In this document: positions 9,806-19,902 of the stretch, one piece after another | Layout: each line of letters begins with the position of its first letter | Numbering within the stretch: position 1 is the stretch's first letter | Source of the DNA: an uncultured Gammaproteobacteria bacterium | GTDB taxonomy: Bacteria; Patescibacteriota; Patescibacteriia; Magasanikbacterales; UBA922 | Length of the DNA stretch: 64,000 bases | Reading direction: 5' to 3' | NCBI GenBank assembly: GCA_964522435.1 | Contig: CAZFUL010000001.1 | Location: forward strand, 188,278 to 252,277 | The notes under the pieces: generated by a model | Databases searched by the model: none | Seen by the model: only the letters and a program-made list of their open reading frames with translations | What the model was told of the DNA's origin: nothing | Made by a program: the position numbers and the translations under genes

Positions 9806-11086
9806 ATGGAGCCTACCGTATCACCATCTCGATTTCGTGTTGTTGCAATGATTGTTGCTTTTCTTCTTGTGTTTGGCGTTGGTGTTTTTGTTGGTCATGG
9901 TGGGTATGTATACAAACAAATCACCAATTCAGAAGAAGTCGTGCAAATAGATAAAGTAATTGATTTATATCAAAAAAGTCGCTCGGACGAAGTGAGTTTT
10001 ACGCAATTTTGGAATGTATGGAATTTAGTAAAAGATAAATATGTGACTCAGCCAGTAAACGAAGTAGATTTGTTTTACGGCGCAATACAAGGCATGGTTG
10101 CGGGCTTACAGGATCCACATTCTATTTACTTTCCTCCAAAAGATGCCGAAGCATTTACGGCTGACTTAACAGGTACGTTTGAAGGTATTGGGGCAGAAAT
10201 TGGTATTAGAGAGGATCAATTAGTGGTTATTGCACCACTCCCGTCTTCTCCTGCAGAACAAGCAGGACTACAAGCCGGTGATATTATTATTGCTATTGAT
10301 GCCACCTCTACCATTGGCTTGTCAGTGGACGAAGCCGTGCAACATATTCGTGGACCAGGAGGAACTACGGTTACCCTCTCGGTGATTCGTGGAAAAGAAA
10401 CAGCGGTTCGCGACATTGCTATTGTTCGCGGTACCATTGATGTGCCGTCTGTGGTGTGGGAAGAAAAAGAAAAAGGATTGGCCTATGTGCGTATTAGTTA
10501 TTTTAATGAAGAAACGCATCTTGATTTTTTTGATGTACTTGATGAACTGCTTGAAAAAAATCCGCGAGGAATTATTTTGGATTTACGCAGTAATCCAGGA
10601 GGATATTTGCATAGTTCTATATTGGTTGCGAGTGAATGGATTTCAGAGGGAACGGTGGTAAAAGAAATTTTTAAAGATGGAGAAGAAAAAACATATCCAA
10701 CGCGAGGCATGCATCGCTTAGCAAATATGCCAACAGTGGTGTTGGTTGATGGGGGCACTGCTTCTGGTGCTGAAATTGTTGCTGGTGCACTACAAGATCA
10801 CGATAAGGCAACGATTATTGGTATGCAAACCTTTGGGAAAGGCTCTGTACAAACATTTGATGTGTTACCTGATGGTTCTGCCTTAAAATTAACTATTGCG
10901 AAATGGTTAACGCCAGATAACCGTCGTATTGATGGAGAAGGATTAACACCAGACATTGTTATGGAAGAATTATTTATTGAAGATCTTAGTCTGGAACAAG
11001 GAATTCGGGATATTGGATTAGAAAAAGCAACAGAAATACTTCTTGGTTCTATTACCCAACAGAGCGCTGTATCACGCGTGGAATAA
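9806..11086 (+). CDS. S41 carboxy-terminal processing protease (PDZ domain)
   Basis: FEGIGAEI, LDLRSNPGG, TASGAEIVAGALQD, TFGKGSVQ. Confidence 0.95.
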   Translation: MEPTVSPSRFRVVAMIVAFLLVFGVGVFVGHGGYVYKQITNSEEVVQIDKVIDLYQKSRSDEVSFTQFWNVWNLVKDKYVTQPVNEVDLFYGAIQGMVAGLQDPHSIYFPPKDAEAFTADLTGTFEGIGAEIGIREDQLVVIAPLPSSPAEQAGLQAGDIIIAIDATSTIGLSVDEAVQHIRGPGGTTVTLSVIRGKETAVRDIAIVRGTIDVPSVVWEEKEKGLAYVRISYFNEETHLDFFDVLDELLEKNPRGIILDLRSNPGGYLHSSILVASEWISEGTVVKEIFKDGEEKTYPTRGMHRLANMPTVVLVDGGTASGAEIVAGALQDHDKATIIGMQTFGKGSVQTFDVLPDGSALKLTIAKWLTPDNRRIDGEGLTPDIVMEELFIEDLSLEQGIRDIGLEKATEILLGSITQQSAVSRVE

Positions 11087-11098
11087 GAAAAACAGGCT

Positions 11099-11452
11099 AT
11101 GTTTTCAGGAACGGTTATCCATGGTGATCACTATGGGAGACAATTAGGATATAGAACAGCAAATTTGAATATAGCTCCCCTGGAGACCGGTTGTGTCCAA
11201 GGGGTTTATGCTGCTTATGCCTGGCATACCAACACTAAGCATGAGGCTGCATTGGTTATTGATATGCGTCGCCAAAAGGTAGAAGTGCATTTACTTGATG
11301 TAGAAAAAGAGCTGTATGGCGACGAATTGCGAGTAGAACCGATTGAATGGATAGATGACTTGTATGATTTAAAAACAGAAGAAGAACTACGTCATAAAAT
11401 TGCTGAAAATATAAGAGCTGTGAGGGACGTATTTATCAAACCTAATGCATGA
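11099..11452 (+). CDS. Stand-alone riboflavin kinase domain
   Basis: VIHGDHYGRQLGYRTAN, GVYAA, VEVHLLD, LYG; no FAD synthetase domain. Confidence 0.85.
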   Translation: MFSGTVIHGDHYGRQLGYRTANLNIAPLETGCVQGVYAAYAWHTNTKHEAALVIDMRRQKVEVHLLDVEKELYGDELRVEPIEWIDDLYDLKTEEELRHKIAENIRAVRDVFIKPNA

Positions 11453-12069
11453 CGACTATGTATAGCGGTATTATTCAGACAACTCAGCCAGTGGTATCTA
11501 TAGACGAACAAGATCAGCTTCGGCGTATTGGTATTCAATTTTCTGCAGCAGCATTGCAGGGGCTTATACTTGGTGCAAGTGTGTCTGTTGATGGTGTGTG
11601 TTTAACGGTCGCCGCGATAGAGAAAGAAATCGTGTTTATGGATGTGATGATAGAGACCCTACGCAAAACTACCTTAGGCGAATTGACTATTGGTCAAAAA
11701 GTAAATATTGAACGCTCATTAAAAATGGGTGATGAAATAGGTGGCCACCAGATGGCAGGTCATGTGTATGGTACAGCGACCATTTCTGAAAAACGCGATG
11801 AAGGAAAAACCGTTATTATGACCTTTCATGTTCCTGTGGAATGGATGAAATATATTGTGGAAAAAGGGTTTATTGCCGTAAACGGCGTGAGTTTAACCGT
11901 GAGCTATGCCAATAATACCGCGGGTACGTTTCAGGTATATTTTATTCCCGAAACCATTGCACGCACGAGTTTTGCTCATAAACAAGTGGGGGATAGGGTG
12001 AATATTGAAATTGACCATATGACGCAGGTGATGGTAGAAACTGTGGAGCGTATCATGAAGCAGCAGTAA
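11449..12069 (+). CDS. ribE: Riboflavin synthase (alpha type)
   Basis: MYSGII, GASVSVDGVCLTV, VNIERSL, GGHQMAGHV, KGFIAVNGVSLTV. Confidence 0.94.
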   Translation: MTTMYSGIIQTTQPVVSIDEQDQLRRIGIQFSAAALQGLILGASVSVDGVCLTVAAIEKEIVFMDVMIETLRKTTLGELTIGQKVNIERSLKMGDEIGGHQMAGHVYGTATISEKRDEGKTVIMTFHVPVEWMKYIVEKGFIAVNGVSLTVSYANNTAGTFQVYFIPETIARTSFAHKQVGDRVNIEIDHMTQVMVETVERIMKQQ

Positions 12070-12146
12070 TGTTTTCGTTTTTTCATCTGTAAAACAGCCT
12101 ATGCAAGGCCATGAACATGCATTGTTTTGTACTCAATAAATTTTTA

Positions 12147-12911
12147 TTACTCTCGATAGCCCAAAATCTGCCGTACCGCAGATTTTATTTTATCTGAAAA
12201 ACTGCCAGCAAGAATCCATTCTAAGTATCCTGGATCATTTAATGCCAATTCTTGTAAGGTTTTTCCTTTGTTTTTTCCAAAATTAATGACCAACTTTCCA
12301 TCAATCATGCGCAGTTTCCCTTCTGCATCATAGGCATTGGGATCTTTTGGGTAACAGGCCAGATATAATTCTTCTACATTTTTAGGGAGATCTGGGTAGG
12401 CGGCAAGTTGTCCATAGAGCACTTCCAGAGAGGCGCGGGTATCAGCCATAGCGTTATGTGCGTTGGTATGCGTTTTTCCACAATATTTTTCGTAGGCTGC
12501 TTCTAAGGTACGCGGTTCTTTGATACGAAAAATTTGCATCGGGTCAATAACTGCAAGTTGCTCTGTATCTAATACAATACCCACGCGGTGAAATTCTTGT
12601 TGTAATAGCGGAATGTCAAAATTTTTTACATTGTAGCCACCAATATCCGCATCAGCAAAAATACGAACTAACTCTTGTGCAATGTCTCCCAGTCGTGGGG
12701 CGGTTTTTACCATCTCATCACTAATGCCATGAATCGCGGTTACTTCTTTGGGAATAGGAATACCTGGGTTAATCAACCATTGTTGTTCTTCTTCTGTTCC
12801 ATCTGGAAATAATTTAATAATAGCAATTTGTACAATTCTATCTTCAAACGGGTTCACGCCGGTTGTTTCGAGATCAAAAAAAACAAGGGGGCGTTTTAGG
12901 GTAATATTCAT
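12147..12911 (-). CDS. DEDDh 3'-5' exonuclease (DNA Pol III epsilon-like) with C-terminal FGKxKG domain
   Basis: FFDLETTG, GYNVKNFD, HNAMAD; start reassigned to the ATG at 12911. Confidence 0.9.
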   Translation of the reverse strand: MNITLKRPLVFFDLETTGVNPFEDRIVQIAIIKLFPDGTEEEQQWLINPGIPIPKEVTAIHGISDEMVKTAPRLGDIAQELVRIFADADIGGYNVKNFDIPLLQQEFHRVGIVLDTEQLAVIDPMQIFRIKEPRTLEAAYEKYCGKTHTNAHNAMADTRASLEVLYGQLAAYPDLPKNVEELYLACYPKDPNAYDAEGKLRMIDGKLVINFGKNKGKTLQELALNDPGYLEWILAGSFSDKIKSAVRQILGYRE

Positions 12912-12954
12912 AGAGTAATACAAAGGGAAACAGGGAGGACTGTTTCGATAACGA

Positions 12955-13422
12955 TTAAGAGAGTGATTGTCTTTTAAGTAATGCCATGTGTACGGCACTT
13001 TGTCCCCAAAGTATACCATGGTTTTCTTTTCCCTGAGAGCGTTTTTTTGCTTGTTGTTCTGTAAGGCAGGTTAATACCCCAAAAATAACCGGGACGTCTT
13101 CATCCACATTGAGTTCCATAACGCCATTTGCTACCGCTTGTGCAATAACCTCAAAATGCAGGGTTTCTCCTTTAATCAAACAGCCTAACACGACAATCGC
13201 ATCAAAAGACTCTGTTTCTATTAATGTGCGTGCGGCAAAAGGAAGTTCAAATGCGCCGGGTACATCAATAATACTGATATGTTTTGCTTTTACCTTGTTT
13301 TGTTTGAGCGCTTGTTTACAGCCCCGCAAGAGTTTATTGGTGATATCACTATTCCAATTGGCAACCACAATGCCAATACGGAGGCTTGATCCGTCTTGAG
13401 GAGAAAAAGAAATGGTTTTCAT
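12955..13422 (-). CDS. ribH: 6,7-dimethyl-8-ribityllumazine synthase
   Basis: VPGAFELP, GCLIKGETLHFE, PVIFGVLT. Confidence 0.96.
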   Translation of the reverse strand: MKTISFSPQDGSSLRIGIVVANWNSDITNKLLRGCKQALKQNKVKAKHISIIDVPGAFELPFAARTLIETESFDAIVVLGCLIKGETLHFEVIAQAVANGVMELNVDEDVPVIFGVLTCLTEQQAKKRSQGKENHGILWGQSAVHMALLKRQSLS

Positions 13423-13479
13423 ATTTGGGTGATTATCTATATATGTTTACGTTTATTGCTACAGAGTAAAAACTTAGTA

Positions 13480-13603
13480 CGTCATTGCGAGGAGTGACCA
13501 TAGGGAACGCCGAAGCAATCTCTAATAGAGGGTTATACATCCTATGATGTAATTCACTCTATTAGAGATTGCTTCGCTTCACTTCGTTACGCTCGCAATG
13601 ACG
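13480..13603. repeat. Palindromic REP/RPE-like element family A, copy 1
   Basis: cgtcattgcgag...gaagcaatctctaatagag...ctctattagagattgcttc...ctcgcaatgacg; second copy at 38403..38517. Confidence 0.9.
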
Positions 13604-13677
13604 GTGGGCGAGGACGGTAATGACATAGCGTTATGCCATGACGACGGTATAGGTGACTGTCCATTAACATCCCTCCC

Positions 13678-13706
13678 TTGACAAAAAGGCGCTTGTGATG
13701 TAGGGT
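13678..13706 (+). promoter_or_regulatory. Sigma70 promoter, cassette B
   Basis: TTGACA-17 nt-TAGGGT. Confidence 0.65.
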
Positions 13707-13791
13707 CTTTTCCAGACCACCCACCGCTCGCCGAGCGGAAGGGGGATGGTCTTTTCACAGACGTTCAACCCGAGCCGAAAGGAGGCTTCCC

Positions 13792-13818
13792 ATGAAACGC
13801 ATGCATCATCACATGTAA
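13792..13818 (+). CDS. 8-aa micro-ORF MKRMHHHM in a structured GC-rich transcript (cassette B)
   Basis: AGGAGG SD 6 nt upstream of the ATG; upstream promoter; downstream hairpin and terminator. Confidence 0.45.
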   Translation: MKRMHHHM

Positions 13819-13899
13819 TTGCTCATCGAGGGCCACCGCGTCTGGGAGGGGGGCTGCCGCACTTGCTGCAGCTCCCCTCCACCCATACAAGAGATTAAC

Positions 13900-13934
13900 A
13901 GCACCAGATACACAAAGAGCACTGGTGCTTTTTT
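13900..13934. terminator. Terminator between cassette B and cysS
   Basis: agcaccag...ctggtgct followed by a T tract. Confidence 0.7.
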
Positions 13935-13937
13935 ATT

Positions 13938-15308
13938 TTATAGAGTACTCACTTTTTGTCCATCAGCAGTATCTTCAACCGCATAACCCAGTTCTGCAAT
14001 GGCGTCGCGTAAACGGTCACTTTCTTGCCAATCTTTGGCGTCCCGAGCTGCTTGGCGTTCTGCTAATAAAGATTCTACTTCTTCAGAAAGAATAATGGTT
14101 TGTTCTTGCGCTGGGGTATGTAATTGTAAGCCAAAAACTTTATCAAATTCAATGACCATCGTCATGTCAATGCGTTGGTCTTTTAATGCCCGCCATAACA
14201 AGGCAACCGCTTCCGGCATGTTTAAATCATCATTAATTACCTGAGTAAATTCTTCACGCAGCTGCGGATCTCCGGGTGCATGATCAGCAATATCTGTTAT
14301 CGCTTTGCGTAAACGAGTAAGTGCTGTTTGTGCTGCGTCTAAGGCTTCCCAAGAAAAGGTAATTTGTTTGCGATAGTGTGATTGCAGTAAAAAGTAGCGA
14401 TAGGCGAGTGGTTCTATCCCTCGTTCTTTTATTGTTGAAAGGGTAATAAAATTATTTCCTGATTTTGCCATTTTTTCTCCAGTGCCTGTATTTAAAAATT
14501 CGTTATGGAGCCAATAATTTACCCAAGGTTTTTTGCCAGTCACTGCCTCGCTTTGCGCAATTTCATTGGTGTGGTGTACAGGTTTATGATCAATGCCCCC
14601 ACAGTGGATATCAAAATGATCGCCCAAATATTTCATACTCATAGCAGAACATTCTATATGCCAGCCAGGAAACCCTTTGCGGTAAAATGCGTCCCATGCC
14701 ATTTGGCGTTGTTCACCCTCTTTACTAAATTTCCATAAGGCAAAATCATGGGGATGTTTTTTGTCTCCCATATCCACGCGTGCACCCGGCTGTAATGCTT
14801 GTTTTTGCAGATTCACCAGCTTGCCATAATCTTTAATAGTGGTGGTATCAAAATAAATCCCATCAGTCGTTTCATAGGCATGACCTTTTTCCAAAAGTCT
14901 TTCTACAATTGCTATTTGTTCAGGAATATGGTCTGTTGCCTTTGGCATGATATTGGGTTCAAGAATATTCAAATCATCCATATCGTTAAGGAATGCTTCC
15001 GTATAAAAAGCAGCCACATCCCAAGCACTTTTCCCTTCGCGGCGAGCGCCTTTTTCCATTTTATCTTCGCCCTCATCTGCGTCGTCGGTTAAATGTCCTA
15101 CATCAGTAATATTCATAACATGGGTTATTTCATACCCATTATAACGAAGCACGCGACGCAAGATATCTTCAAAAATAAAACTGCGTAAATTCCCAATATG
15201 CGCATAGTGGTACACGGTTGGGCCACAAGTATAGAGCCCAACTTTCCCTGGGGTAATAGGGGTAAAGGTTTCTTTTTTCTTTGTAAGGGAGTTATAGAGA
15301 GTAAGCAT
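13938..15308 (-). CDS. cysS: Cysteinyl-tRNA synthetase
   Basis: YTCGPTVY, HIGN, GFPGWHIECSAMS, KMAKS; start reassigned to MLTLYNSLT at 15308. Confidence 0.97.
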   Translation of the reverse strand: MLTLYNSLTKKKETFTPITPGKVGLYTCGPTVYHYAHIGNLRSFIFEDILRRVLRYNGYEITHVMNITDVGHLTDDADEGEDKMEKGARREGKSAWDVAAFYTEAFLNDMDDLNILEPNIMPKATDHIPEQIAIVERLLEKGHAYETTDGIYFDTTTIKDYGKLVNLQKQALQPGARVDMGDKKHPHDFALWKFSKEGEQRQMAWDAFYRKGFPGWHIECSAMSMKYLGDHFDIHCGGIDHKPVHHTNEIAQSEAVTGKKPWVNYWLHNEFLNTGTGEKMAKSGNNFITLSTIKERGIEPLAYRYFLLQSHYRKQITFSWEALDAAQTALTRLRKAITDIADHAPGDPQLREEFTQVINDDLNMPEAVALLWRALKDQRIDMTMVIEFDKVFGLQLHTPAQEQTIILSEEVESLLAERQAARDAKDWQESDRLRDAIAELGYAVEDTADGQKVSTL

Positions 15309-15322
15309 AGGGGGGTAATGAG

Positions 15323-15351
15323 TTGACAAAAAGGGGAAAGGTCTATATACT
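15323..15351 (+). promoter_or_regulatory. Sigma70 promoter, cassette C
   Basis: TTGACA-17 nt-TATACT. Confidence 0.85.
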
Positions 15352-15387
15352 GGCGGCTTCCGAAAACCTGGAAAAGGGGAGATTTCC

Positions 15388-15759
15388 ATGAACACGCCTG
15401 TCATTGCTGAAGTTCGTATCTTTACTGTGCCTGAATCGGGTGCTGCCTTTATCGCTCGGATGCAAGCGATCGGTAAGACCATTGCAGGAGATGGTGGTAT
15501 CGAAAACGTGGTGGTTATTCACCCAGGACCATTATTTGGTCTTACCAGGTGGCTTGGGATACCTACTGGCACGCATGTCGAAGCCGTGAGCTGCCTGCTT
15601 CGCCCGGGATATGAGTTTCTTTGGGAAGTTCCAGAGCAACGATGGTTTCTGAAGAATTTGATTCGCAGTCTTTTGAAAAGCGGGAAAGGAGTAGTTCTCC
15701 TGATTCCGCCTTCCTACGAGCGGCGAGTAAGCCAGCTGGTATTGCCATTTTTATATTAA
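15388..15759 (+). CDS. Orphan 123-aa protein (cassette C)
   Basis: Own promoter, GGGGAG SD, GC-rich 3' hairpin at about 15772..15810. Confidence 0.7.
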   Translation: MNTPVIAEVRIFTVPESGAAFIARMQAIGKTIAGDGGIENVVVIHPGPLFGLTRWLGIPTGTHVEAVSCLLRPGYEFLWEVPEQRWFLKNLIRSLLKSGKGVVLLIPPSYERRVSQLVLPFLY

Positions 15760-15973
15760 GGAGCAAAGGTCGCTCTGGCGTTGGTTTGGGGGAACCAGCG
15801 CCGAGCCCCCAACCATACCATGTATATATTGTGAAATGTCCTATAATAAGGACTTTTTTTAATTGTATCTGTTCTATGAAGAAGAGTAAAGAGGGGTTTT
15901 CTTCGTTAGCTGAGTTGTCTTCGTTGACTAGACTCGCAAAGAGGAAACATATGGGGTAATGTACCTATGAGCG

Positions 15974-16002
15974 TTGACAGAAACAAAAAGTAGAACTATA
16001 CT
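15974..16002 (+). promoter_or_regulatory. Sigma70 promoter, cassette D
   Basis: TTGACA-17 nt-TATACT; the TTG start called in the ORF track is actually the -35 box. Confidence 0.85.
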
Positions 16003-16033
16003 CTTTTTCCACTTTCAAACAGAGGTAAGAACC

Positions 16034-16603
16034 ATGATTATCATCGTTCCTGTTGATGTAAATCTGAAGTGCGAACCTGAGGCTCGCAATATGGTCCATC
16101 CCACCATTGTACGGCGTATCAATGCGCTCTGCCTGTGGTTGGAGAGCCAGGCGTTTTCTCAGGTACGCGTGGTACATACGAAGCAAACGGCTGAATTTGC
16201 TGATTTGCTCCTGGCGCGGGTCAAGCGTCTGCCCGATCCGCAGAAGATCGAGTTGCAGGAAGATCATCGCTTGGTGGGGATTCCTCAGGAAGGAAGCCCC
16301 ACCTGCAACCTTGGTCAGGAGTTTAGCCAGGTCCTTGAGACCTTGGTGCTGCTCGTGCCCATCGATGTGTTGGTGCTGACCCTGCATCAGTTTGGCTGGA
16401 AGGCTCCGTTCCCCGAGTTGGGAGAACACATCTTTGGACAGCTGGGCATCACCAATGCGGCAACGAGCCGCTGGATTGATTACCGGCCCTGTCTTTTTGG
16501 GCAGGAAGCGAAACAATTGCTTCCACCGCCCCCAGCTGAAGAAATCATTCTCCCCGAGGGAGAAGCGCGGCGGGCGCAAGAAGGGCAGGGTGTAGGAAAG
16601 TGA
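16034..16603 (+). CDS. Orphan 189-aa GC-rich protein (cassette D)
   Basis: GAGGT SD before the ATG at 16034 (MIIIVPV...); 3' hairpin at 16610..16638. Confidence 0.72.
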   Translation: MIIIVPVDVNLKCEPEARNMVHPTIVRRINALCLWLESQAFSQVRVVHTKQTAEFADLLLARVKRLPDPQKIELQEDHRLVGIPQEGSPTCNLGQEFSQVLETLVLLVPIDVLVLTLHQFGWKAPFPELGEHIFGQLGITNAATSRWIDYRPCLFGQEAKQLLPPPPAEEIILPEGEARRAQEGQGVGK

Positions 16604-16654
16604 ACAATCGCGGCTTGGGACTGGAGACCCCGAGCCGCCTTCCAATGATTAAAT

Positions 16655-16683
16655 AAAAACCCCGATTGAATCGGGGTTTTTTT
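16655..16683. terminator. Bidirectional terminator between cassette D and era
   Basis: aaaaaccccgatt-g-aatcggggttttt. Confidence 0.85.
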
Positions 16684-16714
16684 ATTGAAGATTATATAGC
16701 GCCTGTGAATTGTC

Positions 16715-17581
16715 TTATAACCGTTCTACCCAATGGGTATCAACGGCGACATCTAATTCTAAAAATACTTTTTGGTTTAATGATTGTTCCAGTTCGCGAC
16801 GAGCCATTTGGCCGATCTCTTTAATTTTTGTTCCACGTGCACCAATAATAATTTTTTTATAGCGTTCTTGGTCTGTTAAAATGCGTGCACGAACAACCAC
16901 GGTTGCAGGTTTATCTTTGGTTGCGGGTTTTTCTTCCACCTCATCCACATCAACCGTAAGAGAATAGGGGACTTCTTTATCTAATACAGAAAATGCTTTT
17001 TCGCGGATAATTTCTCCCAACCAAAAATAATTATCAATATTAGTCATTTGGGCATCATCATACATGGGTTCTCCCTCTGGTAATAATTCCATGACTTTTT
17101 GTTTCAGTGGTTGAATGTGTGCGGCTTTAAGCGCAGAGAGTGGCAGTACCGCATCAAAATCATCAGCCCAGGCTTCGTATTGTTCTTGGTGGGCGCGTTC
17201 GTCTTTGTGTAAATCTGATTTATTGATAACTAAAATTTTTGGTTTATCAATGTGGCGAATCATCCCGTAGACGGCGCGTTCTTCTTGGCCAATTTCTCTA
17301 CTCGGGTCAACAACATAGACAATAACGTCAATATCTTCAAGCGCCTCATGAATTTTTTGGGTCAATTTTCCGGTTAAACTACTGTGTTTATCCTTAAATA
17401 CCCCAGGGGTATCAACAAACACAGCTTGGCCTTCTGGGGTGTTCATGGCGCCATGAATAATGTGGCGAGTTAATTGCGCACGAAAAGAGGTGGCAGCAAT
17501 TTTCGTGCCCACCAGGGTATTTAAAAGGGTAGATTTTCCTACATTTGATCGGCCAACTAAGACCACAAAGCCTGATTTCAT
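16715..17581 (-). CDS. era: GTPase Era
   Basis: GRSNVGKST, DTPG, NKSD, KH-domain motif IIIGARG. Confidence 0.96.
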   Translation of the reverse strand: MKSGFVVLVGRSNVGKSTLLNTLVGTKIAATSFRAQLTRHIIHGAMNTPEGQAVFVDTPGVFKDKHSSLTGKLTQKIHEALEDIDVIVYVVDPSREIGQEERAVYGMIRHIDKPKILVINKSDLHKDERAHQEQYEAWADDFDAVLPLSALKAAHIQPLKQKVMELLPEGEPMYDDAQMTNIDNYFWLGEIIREKAFSVLDKEVPYSLTVDVDEVEEKPATKDKPATVVVRARILTDQERYKKIIIGARGTKIKEIGQMARRELEQSLNQKVFLELDVAVDTHWVERL

Positions 17582-17666
17582 ATGGTGATTGCTCCTTGTT
17601 TATTGTCAAATCAGGGGAAGTATAGTATATTTTGGATAAATAATCAACCCTTCTCGCTCTATTGCT

Positions 17667-18104
17667 ATGAAAGTCATATTTATAAAACATGCTCCTGGAT
17701 CAGGAAAAGTAGGGGAAATAAAGGAAGTGAGTGATGGCTATGCCATGAATTTTTTGATTAAAACAGGTCTAGCGAAGCCCGCAACTGCTCAAGTGATGGC
17801 CACCGAAGCTGCTCGACAGAAGCGAGATGAGAAACAAAAAAAATTACAAGAAAAAGCCCTGAGTTCTGCAAGCAATGCTCTTTCAGGAAAAACGATTCGA
17901 TTTCATAAAGAAACAAATGATCAAGGAACCTTGTATGCAGCGGTAACTGCCAATGACATTGCCAAAGCAATTCAAGAGCAAGTAGGAAAAACGATTCCAG
18001 CGAGCGCAATTAAGCTCAGTACCCCCATTAAACAACAAGGAAGTTATACCGTTTCTGTACGCGTGAAAGGTCTATCTGCCAGCGTTACTATCTTGGTACA
18101 ATAA
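17667..18104 (+). CDS. rplI: 50S ribosomal protein L9
   Basis: MKVIF...[19 protein letters not shown]. Confidence 0.96.
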   Translation: MKVIFIKHAPGSGKVGEIKEVSDGYAMNFLIKTGLAKPATAQVMATEAARQKRDEKQKKLQEKALSSASNALSGKTIRFHKETNDQGTLYAAVTANDIAKAIQEQVGKTIPASAIKLSTPIKQQGSYTVSVRVKGLSASVTILVQ

Positions 18105-18238
18105 TACAACACCTCCACTTTCGGGGGTGTTTTTTTATAAAACGAGATATGATATACTTGTATCTATACTAAAATCAATCATACACGGTCATCCTGAATT
18201 TGCCTGCTGGTACATTCGGTATGATATATATTTTTTTT

Positions 18239-19873
<1,635 letters not shown>

Positions 19874-19902
19874 TTATTATATTATTTACTCATAATATAC
19901 CT

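Noticed and set aside
13430-13670. FMN riboswitch upstream of ribH
   Set aside because: No RFN consensus is present; the structure is explained by the family A palindrome.
15965-16645. 226-aa minus-strand ORF
   Set aside because: Antisense shadow of GC-rich cassette D, whose promoter, SD and terminator all point to the plus strand.
18188-18222. gtcatcctga fragment upstream of pyrG as another REP copy
   Set aside because: Only a short arm, with no matching partner or inner stem.
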